From the NCBI GenBank assembly GCA_035280025.1, contig DATEGT010000046.1:26153-90152 (forward strand): 64,000 bases of DNA, given 5' to 3'. The notes under the pieces were generated by a model. The model did not search any database. It had not been told where the DNA came from and saw only the letters and a program-made list of their open reading frames with translations. Positions 1 through 8,610 of this stretch are shown one piece after another (within the stretch, counting starts at the first letter, position 1; the number at the start of each line of letters is the position of its first letter). The position numbers were made by a program, and so were the translations under genes. The DNA comes from Burkholderiales bacterium. Lineage in GTDB: Bacteria > Pseudomonadota > Gammaproteobacteria > Burkholderiales > SG8-39.

Positions 1-47
1 GCGACCTGGACGAGTTCATCACGGCGAGCCTCAAGCAGGGCGTGTAA
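1..47 (+). CDS. prfB: Peptide chain release factor 2, 3' end (partial)
   Basis: Frame-3 translation [14 protein letters not shown] resembles the conserved RF2 C-terminus. The TAA stop (45..47) overlaps the lysS ATG by 1 nt. prfB-lysS adjacency is classical. Confidence 0.6.
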   Translation, partial: DLDEFITASLKQGV

Positions 48-1558
48 TGAGCAAGAAGAACGACCCGCCCGAGAATCCGTCGCAGGCCCAGGACGAGAAC
101 CAGATCATCGCCGAGCGTCGGGCGCGGCTCGATCAGCTGCGCCGTGACCGCCCCGCGTTCCCGAACGATTTCCGCCGCGACCACGTCGCCGCCGACCTGC
201 ACCGGGCCTGGGGCGGGAAGTCAAACGAGGAGCTCGAGCCGAAGCACATCGCGGTCTCGATCGCTGGTCGCGTGATGCTCAAGCGCGTCATGGGCAAGGC
301 GAGCTTTGCCACGGTCCAGGACACGAGCGGGCGCATCCAGCTCTATGTCACTCGCGACGGCGTGGGCGAGGCGGCCTACGAGGATTTCAAGCGCTACGAC
401 CTCGGCGACATCGTGGGAGCCAAGGGGACGCTGTTCAGGACCAAGACCGGCGAGCTTTCCGTGAAAGTCGCCGAGCTGCGCCTGCTGGTGAAGTCGCTCA
501 GGCCGCTGCCCGAGAAATTCCACGGCCTCGCCGACCAGGAGCAGAAATACCGCCAGCGCTACGTCGACCTCATCATGAGCGAGGGCACGCGGGCGGTGTT
601 TCAGACGCGCAGCCGCATCGTCGAGGCGATCCGCGGATTCATGGTCGCCAGGGGTTTTCTCGAAGTCGAGACCCCGATGATGCAGCCCATCCCGGGCGGC
701 GCCAACGCGAAGCCCTTCAAGACCCACCACAACGCGCTCGACATGGACCTTTACCTGCGCGTCGCGCCCGAGCTATATCTCAAACGCCTGGTGGTCGGCG
801 GCTTCGAGAAGGTCTACGAGATCAACCGCAACTTCAGGAACGAGGGCATCTCCACGCGCCACAACCCCGAGTTCACCATGCTCGAGTTCTACGAGGCGTA
901 CCGCGACTACCGCTACCTCATGGATTTCAGCGAGGAGATGCTGCGCTCCCTTGCTAAGACGGTGCTGGGAACGACGCAGCTGCCCTACGGCGCGCACTCG
1001 ATCGATCTGGGCAAGCCCTTCGAGCGACTGTCGATCGCGCAGGCGGTGAGGAAATTTCATCCGAAGATCGACAGCCGGGAGGCGATCGTCGCCGAGCTGA
1101 AGAAGCACGGCGTGGAGACGCCCAAGAACGCAAGGCCGGGCGCCCTGCAGCTCGCGCTCTTCGAGACGACCGTCGAGGAGCGGCTGATCCAGCCGACCTT
1201 CGTCACCGAATATCCGACAGAAGTCTCCCCCCTCGCGCGCCGCAGCGACGCGAACCAGGAGGTGACCGACCGCTTCGAGCTCTATATCGCGGGCCGCGAG
1301 ATCGCGAACGGATTCTCCGAGCTCAACGACCCCGAGGACCAGGCGGCACGCTTCGAGGAGCAGGCGAAGGGGAAAGCCGCAGGGAACGAGGAGTCTATGT
1401 ACTACGACGCCGACTACATCCGCGCGCTCGAGTACGGAATGCCGCCGACCGCGGGAGAAGGAATCGGCATCGACCGGCTGGTGATGCTGTTCACGGACAG
1501 CCCGAGCATTCGCGACGTTCTGCTTTTTCCCCACCTCCGGCGGGAAGGCTCAAGCTGA
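47..1558 (+). CDS. lysS: Lysine--tRNA ligase (class II)
   Basis: 503-aa ORF with an OB-fold N-terminus and class II motifs ([35 protein letters not shown]). Confidence 0.95.
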   Translation: MSKKNDPPENPSQAQDENQIIAERRARLDQLRRDRPAFPNDFRRDHVAADLHRAWGGKSNEELEPKHIAVSIAGRVMLKRVMGKASFATVQDTSGRIQLYVTRDGVGEAAYEDFKRYDLGDIVGAKGTLFRTKTGELSVKVAELRLLVKSLRPLPEKFHGLADQEQKYRQRYVDLIMSEGTRAVFQTRSRIVEAIRGFMVARGFLEVETPMMQPIPGGANAKPFKTHHNALDMDLYLRVAPELYLKRLVVGGFEKVYEINRNFRNEGISTRHNPEFTMLEFYEAYRDYRYLMDFSEEMLRSLAKTVLGTTQLPYGAHSIDLGKPFERLSIAQAVRKFHPKIDSREAIVAELKKHGVETPKNARPGALQLALFETTVEERLIQPTFVTEYPTEVSPLARRSDANQEVTDRFELYIAGREIANGFSELNDPEDQAARFEEQAKGKAAGNEESMYYDADYIRALEYGMPPTAGEGIGIDRLVMLFTDSPSIRDVLLFPHLRREGSS

Positions 1559-1703
1559 ACGCGTCCCGACCAGGATCGTCGCCGACGGGAGACAAAATTC
1601 GGGCGGCTGCGCGCCTGTAACCGCATAACAGACTGTTACATGAACTTGCTGGCGCATCGGGCGTCACTACCGGTAGCCTTGACGCCTGAAAGAAGGAGAG
1701 CCC

Positions 1704-2333
1704 ATGCAAGTACCGCGTCGCACTCACCCCCTAGTCATCGTAGCCGCAGGCACCGTCAGCCTGTTCAGCCTGGTCGGCATCGGAGCCGTCATGGGCTGGA
1801 TACCGACCACGGTCGGTCAAAGCCCCAGCGCCGCCATAGCGCAGATCCCGGAGAAACCCGAGCAGCCCGAGCCCCCGAAGGCGCTCGAGCAGCGCGCGCA
1901 ACCCAAGCACAAGGCCGTCGCGAAGTCCGAGTCGCCGCGTCCGCAGACGCGAGTCGCCGTCGCGCCTCCTCCGGCGCCGGTCGCCGTCGCGGCTCTCTGT
2001 CGCGAGTGCGCCGTGGTCGAAGACGTGCGCACCGTCGAAAAGCCCGGGCAGGCATCGGGGGTCGGCGCCGTCGGCGGCGCAGTGGTCGGCGGCGTCCTCG
2101 GGCATCAGGTCGGGTCCGGTCGCGGCAAGGACGTCGCCACGATTCTCGGAGCACTCGGCGGAGCCTTGGGCGGAAACGAAGTCGAGAAAACCGTGAAGAA
2201 GGAAAAGGAATACCAGATCGTCGTGCGCTACGACGACGGGAGCAAGGGGCTGTTCACCCAGGCGACGCCGCCCAGCTGGCACAAAGGCGACAAGGTCAAG
2301 ATCGTCGACGGAGCGATACGAGCCAACGGATAG
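1704..2333 (+). CDS. Glycine-zipper 2TM domain protein (SlyB / 17-kDa-antigen-like envelope protein)
   Basis: N-terminal hydrophobic anchor, a Pro/Ala-rich linker, and a Gly-zipper stretch GVGAVGGAVVGGVLGHQVGSG..GALGGALGG. Good SD (AAGGAGA) before the ATG. Confidence 0.7.
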   Translation: MQVPRRTHPLVIVAAGTVSLFSLVGIGAVMGWIPTTVGQSPSAAIAQIPEKPEQPEPPKALEQRAQPKHKAVAKSESPRPQTRVAVAPPPAPVAVAALCRECAVVEDVRTVEKPGQASGVGAVGGAVVGGVLGHQVGSGRGKDVATILGALGGALGGNEVEKTVKKEKEYQIVVRYDDGSKGLFTQATPPSWHKGDKVKIVDGAIRANG

Positions 2334-2355
2334 AGGCGAACGCCGGAAGTTCCGG

Positions 2356-2378
2356 GCGGGCCACGGCCCGCTTTTTTT
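2356..2378 (+). terminator. Rho-independent terminator after the glycine-zipper gene
   Basis: GCGGGCC-ac-GGCCCGC stem followed by T7. Confidence 0.7.
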
Positions 2379-2390
2379 CGCCGCCTCCAG

Positions 2391-2419
2391 TTGACGGGTC
2401 CCGATTCGCCGTCTTACAT
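2391..2419 (+). promoter_or_regulatory. Sigma70-like promoter candidate for the EamA gene
   Basis: TTGACG-N17-TTACAT directly downstream of the terminator. Motif match only. Confidence 0.3.
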
Positions 2420-2591
2420 TTGCACTGCTCAACCGACGGGTAGCTAGGGTTCCGCCGCGACGCTTCGCGGGCCTGGTCCGAGCGCTACACAAAGCCGCGG
2501 GATGCCGCCGGCATGCACCCGAAGAACAAAACTCTAGAGGGGATAGGTTGGGACGGGTTGTTTCGTCCCTGCCATCCCCTTCGGAGGTGTC

Positions 2592-3452
2592 GTGACCGGT
2601 CTCGCAATCGCCCTGGTGCTCACCGCCGCACTGATCCACGCGAGCTGGAACTACATTCTCAAGAAGAGCGGAGGCGGGGTAGGCTTCGTCTGGGCGTTCG
2701 CCCTTCTCTCCTCGCTTCTCTACGCGCCGCTGGCTGTCGGCGTGGTCATCGTCCAGCACTTTCAGTTCAGCGTTCAGGCGCTCGCCTATCTCTTCGCGAG
2801 CGCGGTCCTGCACACGGGCTATTACCTGCTCCTCGACCGCGGCTACAGGTACGGGGACTTGTCGGTCGTCTATCCCCTCGCGCGCGCCACGGGCCCCTTC
2901 CTGACCGTGCTCGTCGCCCTCGCGCTTCTGGGCGAGCGCCCCGGCGCGATTGCCCTGTGCGGAGCCGCGCTCGTGGTCGGGGGCGCCTTCTTCCTAGCCG
3001 CCAGTCCGGCAAAACTTCGCGAAGCGGGCGCCGTCCGCGGGATCGCCTTCGCCATCCTGACCGGGTGCATGATCGCGTCCTACACCGTGGTCGACAAGCA
3101 GGCGGTGAGCGCCGCGCTCATCCCGCCCATTCTCCAGGACTGGGGCGCAAATCTCGGCCGGGTCCTGGTGATGGCGCCGCTCGCGCTGCGGCGTCCCCAG
3201 GAGATCCGCGCCGCGTGGAGCAACAAGCGGAAAGCCGTGATCCTGGTCGCGCTCCTCTGTCCTCTTTCCTATATTCTGGTGCTCAGCGCCATGGTCTTCA
3301 CTCCGGTCAGCTACGTCGCTCCCGCGCGGGAGATCAGCATCCTGTTCGCCGCGCTGATGGGCACCCACTGGCTGCGGGAAGGCGACATGGCCCGACGTAT
3401 CGCCGCAGCGGCCGCGATGGCGCTCGGCGTGATCGCGCTCGCGCTGGGCTGA
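2592..3452 (+). CDS. EamA/DMT-family transporter
   Basis: 286-aa protein with about 10 TM segments, typical of DMT-superfamily permeases. GTG start preceded by GGAGG. Confidence 0.8.
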   Translation: MTGLAIALVLTAALIHASWNYILKKSGGGVGFVWAFALLSSLLYAPLAVGVVIVQHFQFSVQALAYLFASAVLHTGYYLLLDRGYRYGDLSVVYPLARATGPFLTVLVALALLGERPGAIALCGAALVVGGAFFLAASPAKLREAGAVRGIAFAILTGCMIASYTVVDKQAVSAALIPPILQDWGANLGRVLVMAPLALRRPQEIRAAWSNKRKAVILVALLCPLSYILVLSAMVFTPVSYVAPAREISILFAALMGTHWLREGDMARRIAAAAAMALGVIALALG

Positions 3453-3458
3453 ACCGCC

Positions 3459-4064
3459 ATGGAAACCTCTTTCGCCTCCGCGGTCGTCATCCTGCTGCTG
3501 GTGACCGATCCCGTCGGCAACATTCCGCTCTTCGTCGCGCTGCTGCGGCCGGTCGCCCCCGAGCGCCGTGTCCGGGTGATCCTGCGGGAATGCGCGATCG
3601 CTTTCGCCGTGCTGGTGGGCTTCGTGCTCTTCGGGAGCTGGCTGCTCGAGCTGTTCGGACTGTCCGACCGCTCGCTCACGCTCGCCGGCGGCATGATCCT
3701 GTTCCTGATCGCCCTGCGGATGATCTTCCGAAGCCCTGAGGGCATTTTCGGCGAATCTCCTTCCGGCGAACCCCTCATCGTGCCTCTCGCGATTCCCTCG
3801 ATTGCCGGCCCCGCGGCGATCGCCACCGTCGTGCTGCTCGTTTCCCGCGCGCCGCAACGGATGGGGGAATGGCTCGCGGCGGTCGCCGTGGCGATGGCAG
3901 TCACCCTCGCGACCCTGCTGCTCGCCGAGCGGATCAGCCGCTGGGTCGGCGAGCGGGCGCTCGCGGCTTTCGAGCGCCTGATGGGGCTGCTGCTGACGGC
4001 GATAGCCGTGGAGATGCTGCTGCGCGGGATCGAGGGATTCGTCCGACACCTTCAGCAGAGCTGA
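3459..4064 (+). CDS. MarC-family (NAAT) integral membrane protein
   Basis: 201 aa. The N-terminus VTDPVGNIPLF and overall layout are typical of the MarC/UPF0056 family. Confidence 0.85.
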   Translation: METSFASAVVILLLVTDPVGNIPLFVALLRPVAPERRVRVILRECAIAFAVLVGFVLFGSWLLELFGLSDRSLTLAGGMILFLIALRMIFRSPEGIFGESPSGEPLIVPLAIPSIAGPAAIATVVLLVSRAPQRMGEWLAAVAVAMAVTLATLLLAERISRWVGERALAAFERLMGLLLTAIAVEMLLRGIEGFVRHLQQS

Positions 4065-4067
4065 ACG

Positions 4068-4955
4068 CTAGCCGGGAATCGCGTTGCGGATCACCGGCAG
4101 CATGCGCGTGACTTCGTCGCGCCCCTCCGCGATCGCGTATTCCGCCCGGTGATAGTCGAGCAGGCCGAGATGGCCGAGCCGGGGCGTAAGCAGCACCTCC
4201 GGGGGCTCGCCGGCGAGCCGGCTGCGCGCGATCCTCAGCTGCATGATGTTGATCGAGCCCATGAGCGTCTCGACCAGCGAGGGCGGCGCGATCTCGGGCT
4301 CCGCCTGCCGGTCGCTCGTCGGGTTGTACCGCGGCAGAACCCTGCTCATGAAGCTGCCGGTCTTGGTCAACGTCCGGTCGTCGTCGCGTGCGTAGCGCCC
4401 GACCAGATCGGATCCCAGATCGACCGCCAGAACGATATCCGCGCCCATCGCGCGACACAGCGAGACCGGGATCGGATTCACCACGCTGCCGTCGACCAGA
4501 TAGCGGTCTTCGTGCAGCACGGGACGGAACAGGCCGGGAACGGCGATCGACGCCGCGACTGCGGCCGACACCTTCCCCTCGCGCAGCCAGACTTCCTGCC
4601 CCGAATGCAGGTCGGTCGCGACCGCCGCAAGCGGTATCGGCAGATCGGAGAACTCGCATTCGACGAATTGCTCGCGGAAGACCTCCTTGATGCGCTCGCC
4701 CTTGATGAGCCCGCCGCGCAGGCCGAAGTCCGCGAGCTTGAACATGCCCCTGCGGTCGATCCCGAGCGCCCAGGCCTCCACCTGATCGAGGCGGCCTGCG
4801 GCGAAGGCCGCCCCGACGAACGCGCCTACCGAGCAGCCAGCGATCAGATCGGGGCTGATACCCGCTTCGATGAGCGCGCGCAGCACCCCGATGTGAGCCC
4901 AGCCGCGCGCCGAGCCCGCCCCGAGCGCGAATCCGATCTTGAGCCGGCGCGCCAC
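4068..4955 (-). CDS. Patatin-like phospholipase (RssA-like)
   Basis: GAGSARG oxyanion motif, GCSVG (GxSxG) nucleophile elbow, and VDGS (DG) motif. The GTG start shares 1 nt with the rimO TAG stop. The upstream part of track ORF 4068..6035 is an alternate frame of rimO. Confidence 0.85.
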   Translation of the reverse strand: MARRLKIGFALGAGSARGWAHIGVLRALIEAGISPDLIAGCSVGAFVGAAFAAGRLDQVEAWALGIDRRGMFKLADFGLRGGLIKGERIKEVFREQFVECEFSDLPIPLAAVATDLHSGQEVWLREGKVSAAVAASIAVPGLFRPVLHEDRYLVDGSVVNPIPVSLCRAMGADIVLAVDLGSDLVGRYARDDDRTLTKTGSFMSRVLPRYNPTSDRQAEPEIAPPSLVETLMGSINIMQLRIARSRLAGEPPEVLLTPRLGHLGLLDYHRAEYAIAEGRDEVTRMLPVIRNAIPG

Positions 4956-6286
4956 TAGGCAATCCGGGCCCACAAGTCGTGGGCGTCCGAGTTCGTGACT
5001 TTCACGCGAAGCCGGTCGCCGGGAACGACCTCGCCGGCACCCTCGACGCGCACCACGCCGTCGATCTCCGGTGCATCGCCCGCCGAGCGCGCGACTGCGC
5101 CTACGGGGAGGATTTCGTCGACGAGCACGTCCAGAGTCCTTCCGACCTTTCGCCTCAGTCTGCGGGTGCTGATCTTCTCCTGCAACCGCATGAGGCGCCC
5201 GCGTCGCTCTTCGCGTACCTGGTCGTCGAGAGCCCCGGGCAGCTGGTTCGCCCCTGCCCCCTCCACCGGGGAGTACGCGAAGCAGCCCACACGGTCGAGC
5301 TCGGCTTCCTCGAGAAAATCCAGCAGCTCCTGGAATTCGGTTTCGGTCTCTCCGGGAAAACCCGCGATGAAGGTGCTGCGGATCGAGATGTCCGGGCAGA
5401 TGCTGCGCCAGGCGCGGATGCGCTCGAGGTTGTCCTCTCCGCTCGCGGGCCGTTTCATGAGCTTGAGAATCCTGGGATTTGCGTGCTGGAAAGGCACGTC
5501 GATGTAGGGAAGAATCTTGCCCTCGGCCATGAGAGGAATGACCTCGTCGACGTGCGGATACGGATACACGTAATGCAGCCGCACCCACACGCCCAGCTCG
5601 CCGAGGGCAACCGCCAGATCGCTCATGCGAGTCTTGAGGGGCCTGCCTCCCCAGAAATCCGTCCGGTATCCGAGATCCACTCCGTAGGCGCTCGTGTCCT
5701 GCGAGATCACGAGGAGCTCCTTCACTCCGGCTCTCACGAGATTCTCGGCTTCGCGCATCACTTCGCCTATCGGCCGGCTCACGAGATCCCCGCGCAGCGA
5801 AGGGATGATGCAGAAGGTGCAGCGGTGGTTGCAGCCCTCCGAGATCTTGAGGTAGGCGTAGTGCTTTGGCGTCAGCTTGATCCCCTGCGGGGGCACGAGA
5901 TCGACGAAGGGGTCGGGCGGCTTGGGCAGGTGCTCGTGCACCGCCGCCATCACCTCCTCCAGGGCGTGAGGGCCCGTGACCGCGAGGACCTTGGGATGCG
6001 CCTCCCGGACCACGTCGCCTTTCGCGCCGAGGCATCCGGTCACGATCACCCGGCCGTTCTCCGCGAGCGCCTCGCCGATCGCGTCGAGCGACTCCTGCAC
6101 CGCGGATTCGATGAAGCCGCAGGTATTCACCACGACGAGATCGGCCCCGTCGTACGAGGGCGAGATCGCGTAACCCTCGGCCCGCAGACGGGTGAGGATT
6201 CCCTCGGAGTCGACCAGAGCCTTGGGACAGCCGAGCGAAACGAAGCCGACCTTCGGCTCCGCCGGGATGCGCCTGCGCGGGATCAG
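4955..6286 (-). CDS. rimO: Ribosomal protein S12 methylthiotransferase RimO
   Basis: [18 protein letters not shown]-terminus, radical-SAM CNHRCTFC motif, and a TRAM-like C-terminus. The start is uncertain: no ATG/GTG/TTG lies near the conserved N-terminus. The best candidate is CTG at 6286, preceded by GAGGA. Confidence 0.85.
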   Translation of the reverse strand: MIPRRRIPAEPKVGFVSLGCPKALVDSEGILTRLRAEGYAISPSYDGADLVVVNTCGFIESAVQESLDAIGEALAENGRVIVTGCLGAKGDVVREAHPKVLAVTGPHALEEVMAAVHEHLPKPPDPFVDLVPPQGIKLTPKHYAYLKISEGCNHRCTFCIIPSLRGDLVSRPIGEVMREAENLVRAGVKELLVISQDTSAYGVDLGYRTDFWGGRPLKTRMSDLAVALGELGVWVRLHYVYPYPHVDEVIPLMAEGKILPYIDVPFQHANPRILKLMKRPASGEDNLERIRAWRSICPDISIRSTFIAGFPGETETEFQELLDFLEEAELDRVGCFAYSPVEGAGANQLPGALDDQVREERRGRLMRLQEKISTRRLRRKVGRTLDVLVDEILPVGAVARSAGDAPEIDGVVRVEGAGEVVPGDRLRVKVTNSDAHDLWARIA

Positions 6287-6897
6287 TTTTTGTTTTCCTC
6301 GCCCGACGGCGTCTTGTCGCTCCCGGGCTGGGTGCCGGCGGGCTGCCCGGCGAATCCCGGCATGCCGGTGAATCCCGGGAACGCGAAGCCGGAGAACATG
6401 GTTCGCGTCTGATTCTGCAGCTGGTCCTGCATCTGCTGGAACACGGTCCGGCTTTGATCGAGGTATGCCGAAATCAGGCTCTGCATCGCCGGGCCCTGGA
6501 AGCTCATGAATTGCTTCCATAGATCCTCGTTGAGCTTGGCCGGGTCGCCGTAGAGCTTCTGCGATTGCTCGCGCAGGCTCTTCTGCATCTCGGCGAAAAG
6601 CTGCATGTTGCGCTCAAGGTAGGAACCCAGCATCCCCTGCATTGCGTTTCCGTAGGAACGGATGAATTGGGTAAGCACGTCCGAGGAGAACATCGGCGCT
6701 CCGGCGGCTTCCTCCTCCAGGATGATCTGGAGGAGAATCGACCGCGTCAGATCGTCGCCGGTCTTGGCGTCCACCACCTGGAACTCCTCGCCTTCGACGA
6801 CGAGCTTCTTAACGTCGACGAGGGTGATGTATACGCTCGTCTTGGTGTCGTAGAGACGGCGATTCGGGTACTTCTTGATCAATCGGGGCTCAGACAT
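6283..6897 (-). CDS. phaR: Polyhydroxyalkanoate synthesis repressor PhaR
   Basis: The N-terminus [20 protein letters not shown] is the PhaR signature. The gene sits next to phaB/phaC. Confidence 0.9.
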   Translation of the reverse strand: MSEPRLIKKYPNRRLYDTKTSVYITLVDVKKLVVEGEEFQVVDAKTGDDLTRSILLQIILEEEAAGAPMFSSDVLTQFIRSYGNAMQGMLGSYLERNMQLFAEMQKSLREQSQKLYGDPAKLNEDLWKQFMSFQGPAMQSLISAYLDQSRTVFQQMQDQLQNQTRTMFSGFAFPGFTGMPGFAGQPAGTQPGSDKTPSGEENKN

Positions 6898-6951
6898 GGG
6901 GACCCTTGCCTGGTTGCAGTACGCGGGTGCTGCAGTGCCACATGATACACC

Positions 6952-7695
6952 TTAGGCCATGTGCTGGCCGCCATTGATGGCGATGTTCGCGCCGTTCACG
7001 AAAGCAGCTTCCTCCGAGCACAGGTAGATGATCAGCCCGGCGACCTCCTCGGGGCGACCCAGGCGACCGAGCGGAATCTGGGGAAGGATTTTCGAATCGA
7101 GAATCTCCTTCGGAATCGCCGTCACCATCTTGGTGCCGATGTAGCCCGGCGATATCGTATTCACGGTCACGCCCTTCCTCCCGACTTCCAGGGCCAGCGA
7201 TTTGGTGAACCCATGCATGCCCGCTTTTGCCGCGGCGTAATTGGTCTGCCCGAAAGCGCCCTTGGATCCGTTCACCGAGGATACGTTGATGATCCGCCCC
7301 CAGCCGCGGTCGACCATCGCGTCGCAGACCTGCTTGCTCACGTTGAACACCGAGTCCAGGTTCGTGCGGAGCACGGTGTCCCAGTCCGCCTTGGTCATCT
7401 TTCTGAACGTCATATCGCGGGTGATGCCCGCGTTGTTGACCAGGATGTCGACGGGCCCGAGGTCGGCGACGATTTTCTCGACGCAATCCCTGCAGGAATC
7501 GAAATCGGCGACGTCGCACGCGAACGTATGGAAATCGTAGCCTCGGGACTTCAGCGCCGCGCGCCATGCTTCCGCGCCCCTGTTCGCGGGAGAGTAGGTG
7601 ACGGCGACCCTGTATCCAGCGTCCGCCATCTTCGTGCTGATGATCTCGCCCAACCCTCCCATGCCGCCGGTGATGAGCGCCAGCCGCTTGGCCAT
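6952..7695 (-). CDS. phaB: Acetoacetyl-CoA reductase (SDR)
   Basis: MAKRLALITGGMGGLG..NNAGITRD..NYAAAKAGMHGFTKSLA. ATG at 7695 preceded by AAGGAGGG. The track ORF is extended 10 codons upstream. Confidence 0.9.
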   Translation of the reverse strand: MAKRLALITGGMGGLGEIISTKMADAGYRVAVTYSPANRGAEAWRAALKSRGYDFHTFACDVADFDSCRDCVEKIVADLGPVDILVNNAGITRDMTFRKMTKADWDTVLRTNLDSVFNVSKQVCDAMVDRGWGRIINVSSVNGSKGAFGQTNYAAAKAGMHGFTKSLALEVGRKGVTVNTISPGYIGTKMVTAIPKEILDSKILPQIPLGRLGRPEEVAGLIIYLCSEEAAFVNGANIAINGGQHMA

Positions 7696-7759
7696 GATCC
7701 CTCCTTGCTCGCTTCGGTCCCTCAAATTATGGCATCAAATCCGGAGCGGACCGCTGGCG

Positions 7760-8572
7760 CTAGGCCATGTGGAGGCCGCCGTTGATCGAAATGTTCGCTC
7801 CGGTGATGTAACCGGCCTCGTCCGACGCGAGGTAGGCGACCAGGCCCGCGATCTCCTCCGGTTGAGCCAACCGCCCCATAGGAATCTGCTGAACGATCGA
7901 TTCCAGAATCTCGGGTTTCATCGCTTTGACCATGTCCGTCTGCACGTAGCCCGGCGAGACGGTATTCACGGTCACGCCCTTCTTGACGACCTCCTGGGCC
8001 AGGGCTTTCGAGAACCCATGCATGCCCGCCTTTGCCGCGGAATAGTTGGTTTGCCCGAACTGGCCCTTGAGGGCATTCACGGAGGAAATGTTTACGATAC
8101 GGCCCCATCCGCGCTCGGCCATTCCCTCGATCACCTGCCGGGTGACGTTGAATACGCTGTTCAGATTGGTGTTGATGACCGCGTACCAGTCGCCGGGGGA
8201 CATGCGCTTGAACACGCTGTCGCGGGTGATGCCCGCGTTGTTCACGAGAATGTCCACCGGCCCGATCGACGAGCCGATCTGGTGGAACATCTCGGCGCAG
8301 GACTCGTAGTCGTCGACGTTGCCTTCGGCGGCATGGACCATGAGGCCTTCGGCTTGCATCTGGGCGAGCCACGCACCCTTGTTCGCGAAGCCGGGCAGAC
8401 AACCCGCCACGACTTTGACCCCGCTTCGCGCAAGCCGTCGGCATACCGCAGTGCCGATTCCGCCCATGCCGCCGCTCACGAATGCAATACGCTGCTTGAG
8501 CGGTTTTAAGGGTTGATCCATCGAATCCGCGGCCGCCTGAGCGCCGCGCCTTGTCGCTGTCGCGGTAGTCAT
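7760..8572 (-). CDS. Acetoacetyl-CoA reductase paralog (SDR)
   Basis: Roughly half the residues are identical by eye to the adjacent phaB (VSGGMGGIG..NNAGITRD..NYSAAKAGMHGFSKALA). ATG at 8572 is preceded by AGAGGGAG. Alternative starts lie at 8602 and 8614. Confidence 0.8.
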   Translation of the reverse strand: MTTATATRRGAQAAADSMDQPLKPLKQRIAFVSGGMGGIGTAVCRRLARSGVKVVAGCLPGFANKGAWLAQMQAEGLMVHAAEGNVDDYESCAEMFHQIGSSIGPVDILVNNAGITRDSVFKRMSPGDWYAVINTNLNSVFNVTRQVIEGMAERGWGRIVNISSVNALKGQFGQTNYSAAKAGMHGFSKALAQEVVKKGVTVNTVSPGYVQTDMVKAMKPEILESIVQQIPMGRLAQPEEIAGLVAYLASDEAGYITGANISINGGLHMA

Positions 8573-8610
8573 TCCGTTGCTCCCTCTTTGATTTTCCACC
8601 ATCCGAACCC

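Noticed and set aside
1615-1640. Palindrome TAACAG-a-CTGTTA (1626..1638), with a nearby CTGTAAC, upstream of the glycine-zipper gene as a possible operator.
   Set aside because: It is short (6-bp arms), there is no adjacent regulator gene, and I could not find a second copy in the window. The evidence is insufficient to call it a binding site.
4956-6035. The upstream 360 codons of the 655-aa minus-strand ORF containing the patatin domain.
   Set aside because: It is an alternate frame of rimO with Arg/Gly/Pro-rich junk sequence. The patatin homology starts at the GTG at 4955.
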